The position numbers and the translations under genes are program-made. From positions 1 through 64,000 of the IMG/VR virus record IMGVR_UViG_3300033074_001257: DNA of 64,000 bases. The stretch is one strand, 5' to 3'. The notes beneath the pieces were generated by a model, which searched no databases, was not told the origin of the DNA, and worked only from the letters and a program-made list of their open reading frames with translations. Numbering within the stretch: the first letter of the stretch is position 1; each line of letters starts with the position of its first letter. Positions 25,815 through 34,954 of the stretch are shown here, piece by piece. The DNA is from a virus (lineage: Duplodnaviria > Caudoviricetes).

Positions 25815-26225
25815 ACTACCACAGTGGCGGGCTACCTGCTTCACTTGGCCATGTTCAATGAAGACTATTCCATCGCCATCCTAGCCAACAAGAAGTCGCA
25901 AGCAACCGAAGTCCTAGATCGCATCAAGACGATTTATGAATGCCTGCCCTGGTGGCTGCAAATTGGCGTTCGCCGATGGAACGTGGGGGACATTTTGCTG
26001 GACGGGGGTAAGAAGGGTTCGAAGATCTCAACCTCAGCAACCAAGGGCGGCGGCATTCGGGGTAAGTCGGTCAACTGCTTGACTGGAACCGCGAGAGTGC
26101 GCGTATACGACACGTTCACCGGCGTGGTGGAGGACTTGTGCCTGAGTGACCTGTACAACCGCCTTAGAGCGCACGAGATTGCCAGCAATCGCCCTTCACA
26201 GGACACAACCCAGGCGATAAAATGA
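25476..26225 (+). CDS. gp17: Terminase large subunit middle fragment: IntC1 (113 aa) - 87-aa ATPase extein - IntN2 (49 aa)
   Basis: Residues 1-113 are HINT-like and end YTNEILSHN|T. The extein TTTVAGYLL...AILANK...EVLDRIK...WN.G...IRGKSVN matches T4 gp17 between Walker A and Walker B. It is followed by CLTGTARVRVYD...DLYNRL, an intein block A. Confidence 0.93.
   Translation: MRKFTEMQIVDDYEVLTDKGFVDVQAIMTTVPYIVHVLVTDAGHFLYAADDHLLIDANGDTVAVKDALNKTIKVNGGTATVTHVIETAERVPMYDLQIAAPHTFYTNEILSHNTTTVAGYLLHLAMFNEDYSIAILANKKSQATEVLDRIKTIYECLPWWLQIGVRRWNVGDILLDGGKKGSKISTSATKGGGIRGKSVNCLTGTARVRVYDTFTGVVEDLCLSDLYNRLRAHEIASNRPSQDTTQAIK
26076..26225 (+). other. Short split intein N-fragment IntN2
   Basis: Starts with Cys1 (CLTGTARV) and ends ~30 residues later at LYNRL plus a tail, as in atypically split TerL inteins. 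Confidence 0.88.
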
Positions 26226-28513
26226 AGAACATCCAAGACACGTTGGTTGAGATGGGTCCATCGGCGCTGTTTCTGTTTGATGCGGTGAATATGATCGTCG
26301 AACCTGACAGTGAAACGCCCGCGGTGCTGTTCTTTGACTTGAACGACAGTAGCAAGTATCTGGCAGGCCACTTCATCCAGCATCAAGGATTGGCGGACGT
26401 GCCCACCCTGCTCGGTGCCACTGCCCAAAACAATTCACTGTGTCGACCGTCGCTCGTCGTGGGTTCAGAGATCAGCAACAACGTCATCTACAAACGGTGG
26501 TACGAATACACAGCAGCAAGCAAGCAAAAACTTTTCATGAACTTTGCGGTGACGGGTTCATCAAACGCGAAAGCCATTCGCTTGAACAACAAGGGCAGGG
26601 TGATTGAAAACAACAACCCCTTCGACGTGGTCGCGGGCGGTAAGATTGTCCTGAAGTACCAGAGTGGTCAATCAACGTACAACTTTCTGGCTAAGAAAGA
26701 ATCGACCGTGTACGACGACGTCGTGACAATAGAGTGTGAGTATGACGCGGGCGGCTATTACACAGGCAGCCCCCCAAACTACGTTGAGGTCATGTCGTTC
26801 AGATCTGCGAATTCGGTGCTTGTGATGCCCGATGGCACAGCCACTTTTCACGTCACGATACCTGAGAGCGGCACTTACCGCGTTTTCATCGAAGGGCTTG
26901 ACTTCACTTCCCAGCACACAGTCATGAACTTTGATCCGCAAATCAAGCACCCACGAGTGTTCACGGTGACGCTAAATGAGGACGGGTCGTTCACGCACAG
27001 CGCAAGCGACCCAAAGGTAAGTGTCGCGAAAGTGTCCAGTACCCTTTTTGAAGTCACAGTGAGCGACCTCACATGTACCTACATCAGATACCACTGCGAC
27101 GACGACTTCTACACAATCGAAAACATCTACACGATAGACAGCAACGGCGTTAAAAGAACACTCGGGTGCAACGAAAACAGGCTTGTCGTGAAGGGCGACT
27201 ATTTTTATGTTGAATTGGCACTAAAAACGCCCATCACCTTATCTGATGTCAAGCTAGAGGACACGGTCGGCAGCACTCAATTTGACGTGTTCGGCACCCT
27301 CGTCACGCTAACCGAACAAGGCAGCAACTGGGTGTCACTCAAGTGCGGTAACCTGACGCTGCCTGTCGCGTGTGACGTGGGCCATTCGCTGTACCTTGCA
27401 AACAATGAACTTTGGCTTGACGGCGTCGCTTACCCATACATACCAGACACAGGCTTCGTGTCGAACACACTCACGCTCGGTCGGCGACAAAAGACGTGGT
27501 TTGGTGAAAATCATGATACCCTGCTCGTCAGAATCAACAACCTGTCTTTGTTTGACCGTGACCTCACGCCCAGTGAAAAGTACATGCTTCTTGTGAGGAG
27601 CTGGTCGTTTGAATCGTTCATGGCCCTGAGCGGCGCGTATAACCGGGTACACTTTGGCAACAGCAAGTCGCGCGTGGTCAACTGTGATCACGGGAGCTTT
27701 GTGATTGACTACAAAGCCATGCCGCAGATTGTGAAGTTCAGCAACTACTTGAAGCACGGTCGGCAGTTTATCGGGCGCGGCGGCGTCCACCTCGTGAGCG
27801 CGTCTGACGGCAGCACGGGTGCCTCACCCATCGGATACAACTTCACAGACTTCGGCGGCGACGCGACGCTGTTCATCGTCTTTTCGTATGCGCGGGGCGA
27901 CAACTTCATAATCTACAGCGACATGAATCGCTCACAGCCGTTTAACGGCCTTGCCATCGGACTGTACGGCGGTCAATTGAGGCTGTGGCAGAACAACAAC
28001 ATCAACGACACGGGCATCACACTCACACCGGGCGTGGCGTCTGTTCTGACTTTGCGAAAGAAAGACAACTTGCTCACCGTCACAGTGTACCACGAAACAT
28101 CAGGTGAGGTGTTTAGCAAGCGCACCGCGACAATCGACGTCGTCACACCCATCAACATGAACGGCGTCCTGTCAACGCACTTGCTGTCCACCACACACGA
28201 AATTGATGACGTCGATGTGACACTCAGCGCCCTGTACAGTTTCAACCGAGCCTTAGATCCACTGCTGCTGGACATCCTGTGCATGAACCCAACCTTGTTT
28301 GCAGTGCAGGGCTTGTTACTTGAAAACAATCAGCCGCAAAGCGGCAACGTGTTTTTCTTCGACCACAATTCAGGTGAGTACCTAGGGCGGGTGAGATCAG
28401 ACAGCACGGGACATTTCACATATCGCGAAGACGTTGAGCGCGACTTAAATATCACCGTGAGCCTTGAGTCTGGCGCACAAATTACCGCCCCGGTACGGAG
28501 TGTCATCGTCTAA
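26222..28513 (+). CDS. Virion structural protein with LamG-like regions
   Basis: 763 aa; LSLFDRDLT and LYSFNRALD LamG-type C-terminal strands; C-terminal beta-sandwich shared with the 16012 ORF. Confidence 0.6.
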   Translation: MKNIQDTLVEMGPSALFLFDAVNMIVEPDSETPAVLFFDLNDSSKYLAGHFIQHQGLADVPTLLGATAQNNSLCRPSLVVGSEISNNVIYKRWYEYTAASKQKLFMNFAVTGSSNAKAIRLNNKGRVIENNNPFDVVAGGKIVLKYQSGQSTYNFLAKKESTVYDDVVTIECEYDAGGYYTGSPPNYVEVMSFRSANSVLVMPDGTATFHVTIPESGTYRVFIEGLDFTSQHTVMNFDPQIKHPRVFTVTLNEDGSFTHSASDPKVSVAKVSSTLFEVTVSDLTCTYIRYHCDDDFYTIENIYTIDSNGVKRTLGCNENRLVVKGDYFYVELALKTPITLSDVKLEDTVGSTQFDVFGTLVTLTEQGSNWVSLKCGNLTLPVACDVGHSLYLANNELWLDGVAYPYIPDTGFVSNTLTLGRRQKTWFGENHDTLLVRINNLSLFDRDLTPSEKYMLLVRSWSFESFMALSGAYNRVHFGNSKSRVVNCDHGSFVIDYKAMPQIVKFSNYLKHGRQFIGRGGVHLVSASDGSTGASPIGYNFTDFGGDATLFIVFSYARGDNFIIYSDMNRSQPFNGLAIGLYGGQLRLWQNNNINDTGITLTPGVASVLTLRKKDNLLTVTVYHETSGEVFSKRTATIDVVTPINMNGVLSTHLLSTTHEIDDVDVTLSALYSFNRALDPLLLDILCMNPTLFAVQGLLLENNQPQSGNVFFFDHNSGEYLGRVRSDSTGHFTYREDVERDLNITVSLESGAQITAPVRSVIV

Positions 28514-28522
28514 ATCAAACAG

Positions 28523-30787
28523 GTGAAGATAAAAGTGAATGACAACGACCTGACTTTTATCTTCACCTACAGCGACGACCCCACAGAGTCGACGGACTAT
28601 AAAAGCGGTTTTATTACGTTTTACTTCAAGAATAACCGCTTTAAGCACAGCGACATAGTTTTTATCTTCACGCCTGGGGGCGACACACACGACCCAAGCG
28701 ACAGCGAAATCATCTTCGTCTTTAACCCATCAACGGGTCCGTCAAGCAAAATCCCACAACAGGCGTTTGACGGCGCACAATCGCACTTCAACATCTATCG
28801 CGAGCGCAACCTTAGCGCACAAGTGAACGACGGCTTGAAGTCGACGCTGACACTAAACACCTCACCCATCGTTCGCTTGCCGATGCAAGCATATGACGGG
28901 CAATCAAGTGCCGCTCGCGTTTCAATACAGGTCAACTTTTCACCGAGCGCACAACTGGGATCCAGCACCCAGAACTTCACGCTCATCCAGCCCGTTGTGA
29001 AAACGCTTGAGCTGACCGCGTCTGATTCAACCACGAGCTATGCGAGAGTCACGGCCGCGTGTGGCGTGTCGCTTGCGCTAAGCCACGGGGTGCAATCTAC
29101 TGCCGCCATCACCAAACCGCCCGCCCAAACGATTAAGTTTGACGCTTACACAGGCACGCACGCACAAACAACACTTGTCGCGACCGCTGCTTTGAAAACC
29201 GTCGCTTGTGTGGGCGATGTTGTGTCCTTGGCGCTGTCTCAATCGCCCCACGTGACACTCACAGCATCAGATGGACACGTCGCACGCATCAACGAACTTG
29301 CTGTTCCTGGGTCTGCTGCTTTGCAGCTACTTGCCGCAAGCGGTGAGCACGCCCACACCACAATCTCAATTGAACCGCACTTAAGCGCACTTGCACACGA
29401 CGGCAGTGAAGCTGTCTTTGAAATCACCGACAGCCCAACGTCAAGCATACACTTTGATTTCGCGCTCGGTGAAAAAGCATCGGCGTCGCTGTCAAAAGAC
29501 ATCCTGATCTCAACAACAGCCAAAGACGGTTACCGCGCAAGTTTGAACCTGTTGTCGCGTGATGCGTGGCGCATTGAAACCCAGGGCTTGATGTCGTTTG
29601 CCACTGCCGCTCGCATAGCACCCAGCTACGGGCTCAAGGTAAAAGGCTTAAGCGGCGAGTCTGTGTCGATTGCACACTTGAGTGAGAACGATCGCTTCGT
29701 AGGTCGCGAGGGCACCTGTGTTGGCTTCTCGCTGTCAAGTGAAGTGACTTTCCCCGAGCACTACTTCCACGGTGAACACGCGTCAACTGAGCTGACACTT
29801 CGCCCGCCCGTCACTTTGGGTCAATCGGCCACAGACGGCAGTTCATCTGAATTCAATTTGCGGGTCATGATCTCAGCTAAACTGCCCATGGCGGCGTCGT
29901 TTGAAGCTTCAAGCCACATCCGAACCTTCAAAACACTCTACATTGACTTGAACTACAACACTTGCTGTCCCCTGACCGACCGTTCGTTTGATGTTGATCT
30001 GCGACACGGCAACGACAACAATCGTTACGGGGCCAACTTTGAACTCACGACTTACCCAGCAACGCCGCAAGCGATCACCCACAACATTGCTAACAACAGC
30101 AACCAGACAAACTTTGGCGCTGCGTCGATGCGCCTGTCGGTGGTTCGCTTCATGTCGTTTAAATTTGCTTCAGGTGACGAATCAAAACTCTACAGAAAGC
30201 CACAAGCGTCGATTGAATTGCTTGCGCACAGCGGACAGTCTGCAAAGATGACGTTGACGCACCACTACAACGTGGACCTGACGCGCGGGGCGACACTGAC
30301 GCTTGGCAACGTGGTCATCGAAACCAAAAAGCCCTACTTCACCCTAGACACTTTTACCCACACGGCGTCAATGGGCCAAGCGGCGCACTTGACCCTAAGC
30401 ACTGCCCAGGGCCTTAGGTTCGTTCACCGGTACGCGGCAAATGAAGCGAAAATGATACTTCGGCGCGAACGGTTTGCTTTTAAAGCTGCTGAGGGCACTC
30501 GATCAGATTTTCCGCTTCGAACCCAAGTCCATGTTGAAGTCGATGCTCACATGGGTACCAGGAGTTACTTTGATTTCGTTCGTGACAAACACTATGCCGC
30601 AATGGGGTCCACCATGACGTTTAGCATCGACACCGAATACGACGTCGCCATCACGGACCCTGACTTGTGTCTCACGAACCAATACGTGGCGACGCTTAGC
30701 GACGGATCACCTGACCTCAACAACACCTTTGACGTGGCAGTTGAGGCTTTGCCCTTTACCCACTACATTGACGCGGAGTGTTTTTAA
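28523..30787 (+). CDS. Putative virion structural protein (repetitive beta-rich)
   Basis: 754 aa; recurrent A.DG/A..G turn motifs; lies in the structural operon. Confidence 0.55.
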   Translation: MKIKVNDNDLTFIFTYSDDPTESTDYKSGFITFYFKNNRFKHSDIVFIFTPGGDTHDPSDSEIIFVFNPSTGPSSKIPQQAFDGAQSHFNIYRERNLSAQVNDGLKSTLTLNTSPIVRLPMQAYDGQSSAARVSIQVNFSPSAQLGSSTQNFTLIQPVVKTLELTASDSTTSYARVTAACGVSLALSHGVQSTAAITKPPAQTIKFDAYTGTHAQTTLVATAALKTVACVGDVVSLALSQSPHVTLTASDGHVARINELAVPGSAALQLLAASGEHAHTTISIEPHLSALAHDGSEAVFEITDSPTSSIHFDFALGEKASASLSKDILISTTAKDGYRASLNLLSRDAWRIETQGLMSFATAARIAPSYGLKVKGLSGESVSIAHLSENDRFVGREGTCVGFSLSSEVTFPEHYFHGEHASTELTLRPPVTLGQSATDGSSSEFNLRVMISAKLPMAASFEASSHIRTFKTLYIDLNYNTCCPLTDRSFDVDLRHGNDNNRYGANFELTTYPATPQAITHNIANNSNQTNFGAASMRLSVVRFMSFKFASGDESKLYRKPQASIELLAHSGQSAKMTLTHHYNVDLTRGATLTLGNVVIETKKPYFTLDTFTHTASMGQAAHLTLSTAQGLRFVHRYAANEAKMILRRERFAFKAAEGTRSDFPLRTQVHVEVDAHMGTRSYFDFVRDKHYAAMGSTMTFSIDTEYDVAITDPDLCLTNQYVATLSDGSPDLNNTFDVAVEALPFTHYIDAECF

Positions 30788-32361
30788 TGGCCACTTGTGT
30801 GCAAACGATTGAGGGCGGCAGCGTAACCCCCATCGCCAACAACTACACGGGTGAAGTTTCACTGGACGCTTCAGCCAACCGCGTCTTTAGCTTTTCGCTT
30901 GAAACTTCACTCACCGTTTATGTGAAGCTGACTTTTAACGCATCGACCACGCCCCTCAAGAACGTCGCTGTGACGCTGCTGAATGCTAGCAAGGGCATCA
31001 TCACCACAACCACGTTCAAAGAAACGAGCGGCTTCCAGACCACTTTGCAGCGTGGCGAATATTACATTTGCTTGCGAACACTGATTGGGTCTTACGCGCT
31101 CACACTGAACATGAGCACACTCATTTACCGAAGTGACATCACGATACCGATGGTTGCAGCAAGCGGCACGCAGTCGTCGTTTAACTTGAAAGTTCTGAAG
31201 CCCAGGGTTAAATGCACCCAGCCCATGAAGTTTGAAATCATCGACGGCTCGCTGCCGCCCGGGCTAACATTCAACGAAGCGGGGCTGATCAGCGGCACTG
31301 TCCCGGTCATCGACACACTCGGTCTGCTCAAGATACCCAGTGCCAATTTGATGGTTCCCCTCGAAAACGAAACCCTCGCCCTGTCGCTTCAGTGGTTCTT
31401 CACCGTTAAGGTCTCGCTGCTTAGCAACCCATCAAGATTTGACACCAAAAGGTTTTGCTTGCAGCTATACAACAACAACAGCCTATCCATCCACGAACAC
31501 ACAGACGGCGAAGCTAACACGCAGTACCACTATGAGCGTGAGACTGTACATGTACACCCCGAAACCACGCTGTGTGGAACCGACGGCATAAAGCCCATCA
31601 CCCAAACGCGACTGGTTGACTTTGTGAAGGCGTACACATTGCCCGATAACGTGGATCCTCGCGTGATATCGGCACTGCATATGCCCATCCCATACGATGT
31701 TACCGCCCTGGGCTTAAACAGCCACGATCGCGCTAAGAACTGGGCTAGCGACGGCACGCTTCAAGGTGATGCACTTCAAGGTGATGCGCTAGCACAAAAC
31801 ATGGTTGAGTTCATGGGCGCTGATTTCTTTGAGGTTGACAGCAGCGGCGAGTATGAAAGCATCGACGTGCCGTTCACCAGCGAGAGTGATGCTTTCGTGG
31901 TGCCGTTTGCAGTCTCAGACGTTACTGATGTCAAAGCGTATGTCACAACAAACTTAAGCGACGTCTTGGCCCAGGGCGTAGACCGTGACATCATTGACCG
32001 CTGGATGGTCGGTGACGCGTCAATCACTTGTGAACTTCGGCCCCTAGACGTTTACGGGCAGGCGGTGGGTGACTTCAACACAGACGGCGACAGCAGTGAA
32101 GTGATTGACGACGAACCGCAGGACGAAACAACGGACGAGCTGCCTTTGTTGCCCCTAGACAAATACGGCAACGAAGTGCCGATTGACTTGACGAAAGTGG
32201 GTGTCGTGGCCCAAACGCTTGTTCTGATTACTGGGCAGTACATGGACGAAGTTGACCCCGCGTTCATTTTTGAGAAATCATTCTCAGACATGATAAATTC
32301 CCTAGACGAATTGTTCCTTAATAGTTTTGACGGGCTAACAAGCTACGCGACACTGAAGTGA
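30778..32361 (+). CDS. Putative virion structural protein with a He_PIG/Ig-like repeat
   Basis: GSLPPGLTFNEAGLISGT, a putative Ig motif; acidic C-terminal half. Confidence 0.6.
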   Translation: MFLMATCVQTIEGGSVTPIANNYTGEVSLDASANRVFSFSLETSLTVYVKLTFNASTTPLKNVAVTLLNASKGIITTTTFKETSGFQTTLQRGEYYICLRTLIGSYALTLNMSTLIYRSDITIPMVAASGTQSSFNLKVLKPRVKCTQPMKFEIIDGSLPPGLTFNEAGLISGTVPVIDTLGLLKIPSANLMVPLENETLALSLQWFFTVKVSLLSNPSRFDTKRFCLQLYNNNSLSIHEHTDGEANTQYHYERETVHVHPETTLCGTDGIKPITQTRLVDFVKAYTLPDNVDPRVISALHMPIPYDVTALGLNSHDRAKNWASDGTLQGDALQGDALAQNMVEFMGADFFEVDSSGEYESIDVPFTSESDAFVVPFAVSDVTDVKAYVTTNLSDVLAQGVDRDIIDRWMVGDASITCELRPLDVYGQAVGDFNTDGDSSEVIDDEPQDETTDELPLLPLDKYGNEVPIDLTKVGVVAQTLVLITGQYMDEVDPAFIFEKSFSDMINSLDELFLNSFDGLTSYATLK

Positions 32362-32374
32362 AGGGTGGTGTTCA

Positions 32375-32533
32375 TTGAAAGAAAAGATCGTCGTGAATGT
32401 GGTGCATGACGTGGCGGGCATTGACATCAGCAAGACGCTACGCAACAAGAAAACTGCCGCGCACCCACAACAAGCCCAACAGTACGAAGCCAAACAACGC
32501 GAAGCCAAACGGCTCGAAAGTGGGGGGAAGTAA
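32375..32533 (+). CDS. Small basic hypothetical protein
   Basis: TTG start after aagggtggt; MKEKIVVNVVHDVAGIDISK...ESGGK fills the gap up to the PAAR gene. Confidence 0.35.
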   Translation: MKEKIVVNVVHDVAGIDISKTLRNKKTAAHPQQAQQYEAKQREAKRLESGGK

Positions 32534-32534
32534 A

Positions 32535-32843
32535 ATGGGACTTGGGGCAGTGCGCAAAGGCGATTGGAACATGGGCCATGGGCCGTACATGCCTACGAAA
32601 GCTAACTCGTGCAGCGGCAATGTTCGCATCAACGGCAAAGGGGCAGTGCGCAAAGGCGACGCTTTCAAAGAGCACAAGCTGGGCAAAAAGAAGCACACGG
32701 ATTTCCCCGTGACTGGATCGGCCACAGTTCGCATCAACGGCAAGCCCGCAGCTCGCAAACTTGATGCCATCAGCGACCCAACTCGCCTGAAGTGCAGTAG
32801 CATCATCATCACCGCGTCGCGCAACGTGAAGGTGGGGCCATGA
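32535..32843 (+). CDS. PAAR-type spike tip protein (gp5.4-like)
   Basis: AVRKGD...GH, V.INGK.AVRKGD, V.INGKPAARKLD; true start at ATG 32535. Confidence 0.88.
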   Translation: MGLGAVRKGDWNMGHGPYMPTKANSCSGNVRINGKGAVRKGDAFKEHKLGKKKHTDFPVTGSATVRINGKPAARKLDAISDPTRLKCSSIIITASRNVKVGP

Positions 32844-33208
32844 AGTCAAGTGACATTGATTTGTCTTTCGCCAAGACTGCCGGTGGAGACATTGGTTTGA
32901 TTGAAGGCGACGACGCAGTTAAGCACGCCATCAGTCGACTGATTACCACAAACCTTCACGACTTGGCTTTCAACGACGTCCTCAGGTTCAACATTCGAAA
33001 CTACTTGTTTGAAGAAGCGAACCAGATGGTCTTTGGTGAGATTGAGCAAAAGATTCACCACGTCCTTGAATACCACGAGCCGCGCATCAAAGTAAAAGAC
33101 GTGAACGTGCAAATTCTGACCGGCAACGGTATCGACATCAACATTGTGTACACAGACACCGTGACGGGTGTCGTCAAGACATTCGACAACTCATACGGGG
33201 CCAAATGA
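32840..33208 (+). CDS. gp25: Baseplate wedge subunit gp25
   Basis: DIDLSF, AVKHAI..LI.T, I.NYLFE, YHEPRIKV. Confidence 0.88.
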   Translation: MKSSDIDLSFAKTAGGDIGLIEGDDAVKHAISRLITTNLHDLAFNDVLRFNIRNYLFEEANQMVFGEIEQKIHHVLEYHEPRIKVKDVNVQILTGNGIDINIVYTDTVTGVVKTFDNSYGAK

Positions 33209-34947
33209 CCATGCAACTTGATGCCAACTTTGACGAGATTAAGCAATACCTGGTTGCGAGCTTCAAGGGCAATGAAAAGTTCAAAGACTACAACTTTGAA
33301 GGCAGCAACCTGTCGGCTTTGGTTGACATCTTAGCGAGGAACACTTACTTCAACATCTACTTCATCAAGATGCTGTTCAACGAAATGGTGCCCAGCACCG
33401 CGAGCAACCCAGACAGTTTGGTTGCCCATGCGCTGCGACACGGCTACCTCATTAAGAACGCACACCCGAGCATGGCGCGAATCAAGGTGACTGCGAAAGG
33501 CACTGCACAAGTCCAGTATGTCACCGTTCCGCTGGGCACACTTTTTGCATCAACCACACCCGACAACACACGAGTATCTTTCATCACACTAGAGCAGCAC
33601 ACATTGACCGATCGCAACGCCGACGGTGATCTGACGGGTGAGATTTCAATTTATGAGGGTACGTTCAAGTCAACCACGTTTCGCGCTGCCGGTGAAGTGA
33701 CTTACACTTACATGTTAGACGACCCCAACATCGCGGTTGATTACCTGTTCGTTGAAGTGGCCAAGGGCGGCGGACAGAAGTTCACGAAATTCACGCGCTA
33801 CAACAACACGGCCCCAAACAAAGACGACAACGTCTATTACATGAAATTCATCGGAGGCCATTATCACATCTTCTTTGGCGGCAACCAGTTTGGGTATCAG
33901 CCGCAGCTGGACGAGCTCATCAAAGTGACCTACTTCATCACCAACGGCAGTGCAGCCAACACCGCGTTCGTGTTTGAACCCATCATCGCAACATCAACCG
34001 ACACAACCGACATCGGTCACTACGCGGTTGAGGTTGAAACGCTTAGCATGGCCAGCGGCGGGCAGTCGTCGGTTGATTACAATGTCCTGGGCACGATCCT
34101 CACGAACTTCAATCGCGTGAGTTCGGTTGCAGTGACACCAGAAGATTACAAGTACGCGGTCCTGGACAACTTCGGGGACATCGGTTCGATTGCGGTTTGG
34201 GGCGGGGCATCAAACAGCAACAGCGTAGACAATGACGCGTCACAGTACGGCAAACTGTTCATGTCCATCAAGCCCAAAGGCAGCGATACGCTGTCCAACG
34301 CTGCCAAAGAAGCCATTGCAAGCTACTTGCAAAAAAACCACGCGATCGTGGGTCAGTCCATTGTGTTCGTTGATCCAAAATACATTGACCTTGACATCGA
34401 CATCACCGCAACGCGCACGAAAGAAGGGCGCGACGTCAACGGCGAAACCATTCGCACAAACATCATCAAGCGGAGCGACGAGTTCAGCAAAAACGAACTC
34501 AACACCTTCGACAGCGGCTTGTCGTTCTCACGCTACCAGAAGGTCGTGTTCGACGGCTACAGCGACATCCTCTATCGCGTGAACACACGCATCACGCTGA
34601 GCCACACGGTCAAAATCACTTCGCTGAATCAAAACTACGTCGTTGACTTCAAGAACGACCTGAGTTCGTTTAGAAGCGAAGTGTTCACTTACGGCAACAA
34701 CGACGCGTATTTCACTGTCTTGAATCCAGCATCAGGCAAAGTGGCGATTTCGCTTGTGGTGAACGGTGTCGTGAGTAACGGAACCTTTGGTACCGTTGAT
34801 TTCGACCGCGGCGTGGTGACGCTTTTTGTGCCCGACAACACCATTTCGCGCACCCTCACGCTGAAAGTCACCACGCTATCAAATGACCTGGGTGTCAGTA
34901 AGAGCAACATCCTTCGCATCAAGAACACAAGCGTCACGCTACAGTGA
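33205..34947 (+). CDS. gp6: Baseplate wedge subunit gp6
   Basis: NFDEIK...FKDYNFEGSNLS.LVDILA.NT, AVTPEDY, VWGG. Confidence 0.93.
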   Translation: MTMQLDANFDEIKQYLVASFKGNEKFKDYNFEGSNLSALVDILARNTYFNIYFIKMLFNEMVPSTASNPDSLVAHALRHGYLIKNAHPSMARIKVTAKGTAQVQYVTVPLGTLFASTTPDNTRVSFITLEQHTLTDRNADGDLTGEISIYEGTFKSTTFRAAGEVTYTYMLDDPNIAVDYLFVEVAKGGGQKFTKFTRYNNTAPNKDDNVYYMKFIGGHYHIFFGGNQFGYQPQLDELIKVTYFITNGSAANTAFVFEPIIATSTDTTDIGHYAVEVETLSMASGGQSSVDYNVLGTILTNFNRVSSVAVTPEDYKYAVLDNFGDIGSIAVWGGASNSNSVDNDASQYGKLFMSIKPKGSDTLSNAAKEAIASYLQKNHAIVGQSIVFVDPKYIDLDIDITATRTKEGRDVNGETIRTNIIKRSDEFSKNELNTFDSGLSFSRYQKVVFDGYSDILYRVNTRITLSHTVKITSLNQNYVVDFKNDLSSFRSEVFTYGNNDAYFTVLNPASGKVAISLVVNGVVSNGTFGTVDFDRGVVTLFVPDNTISRTLTLKVTTLSNDLGVSKSNILRIKNTSVTLQ

Positions 34948-34954
34948 GACTGCC

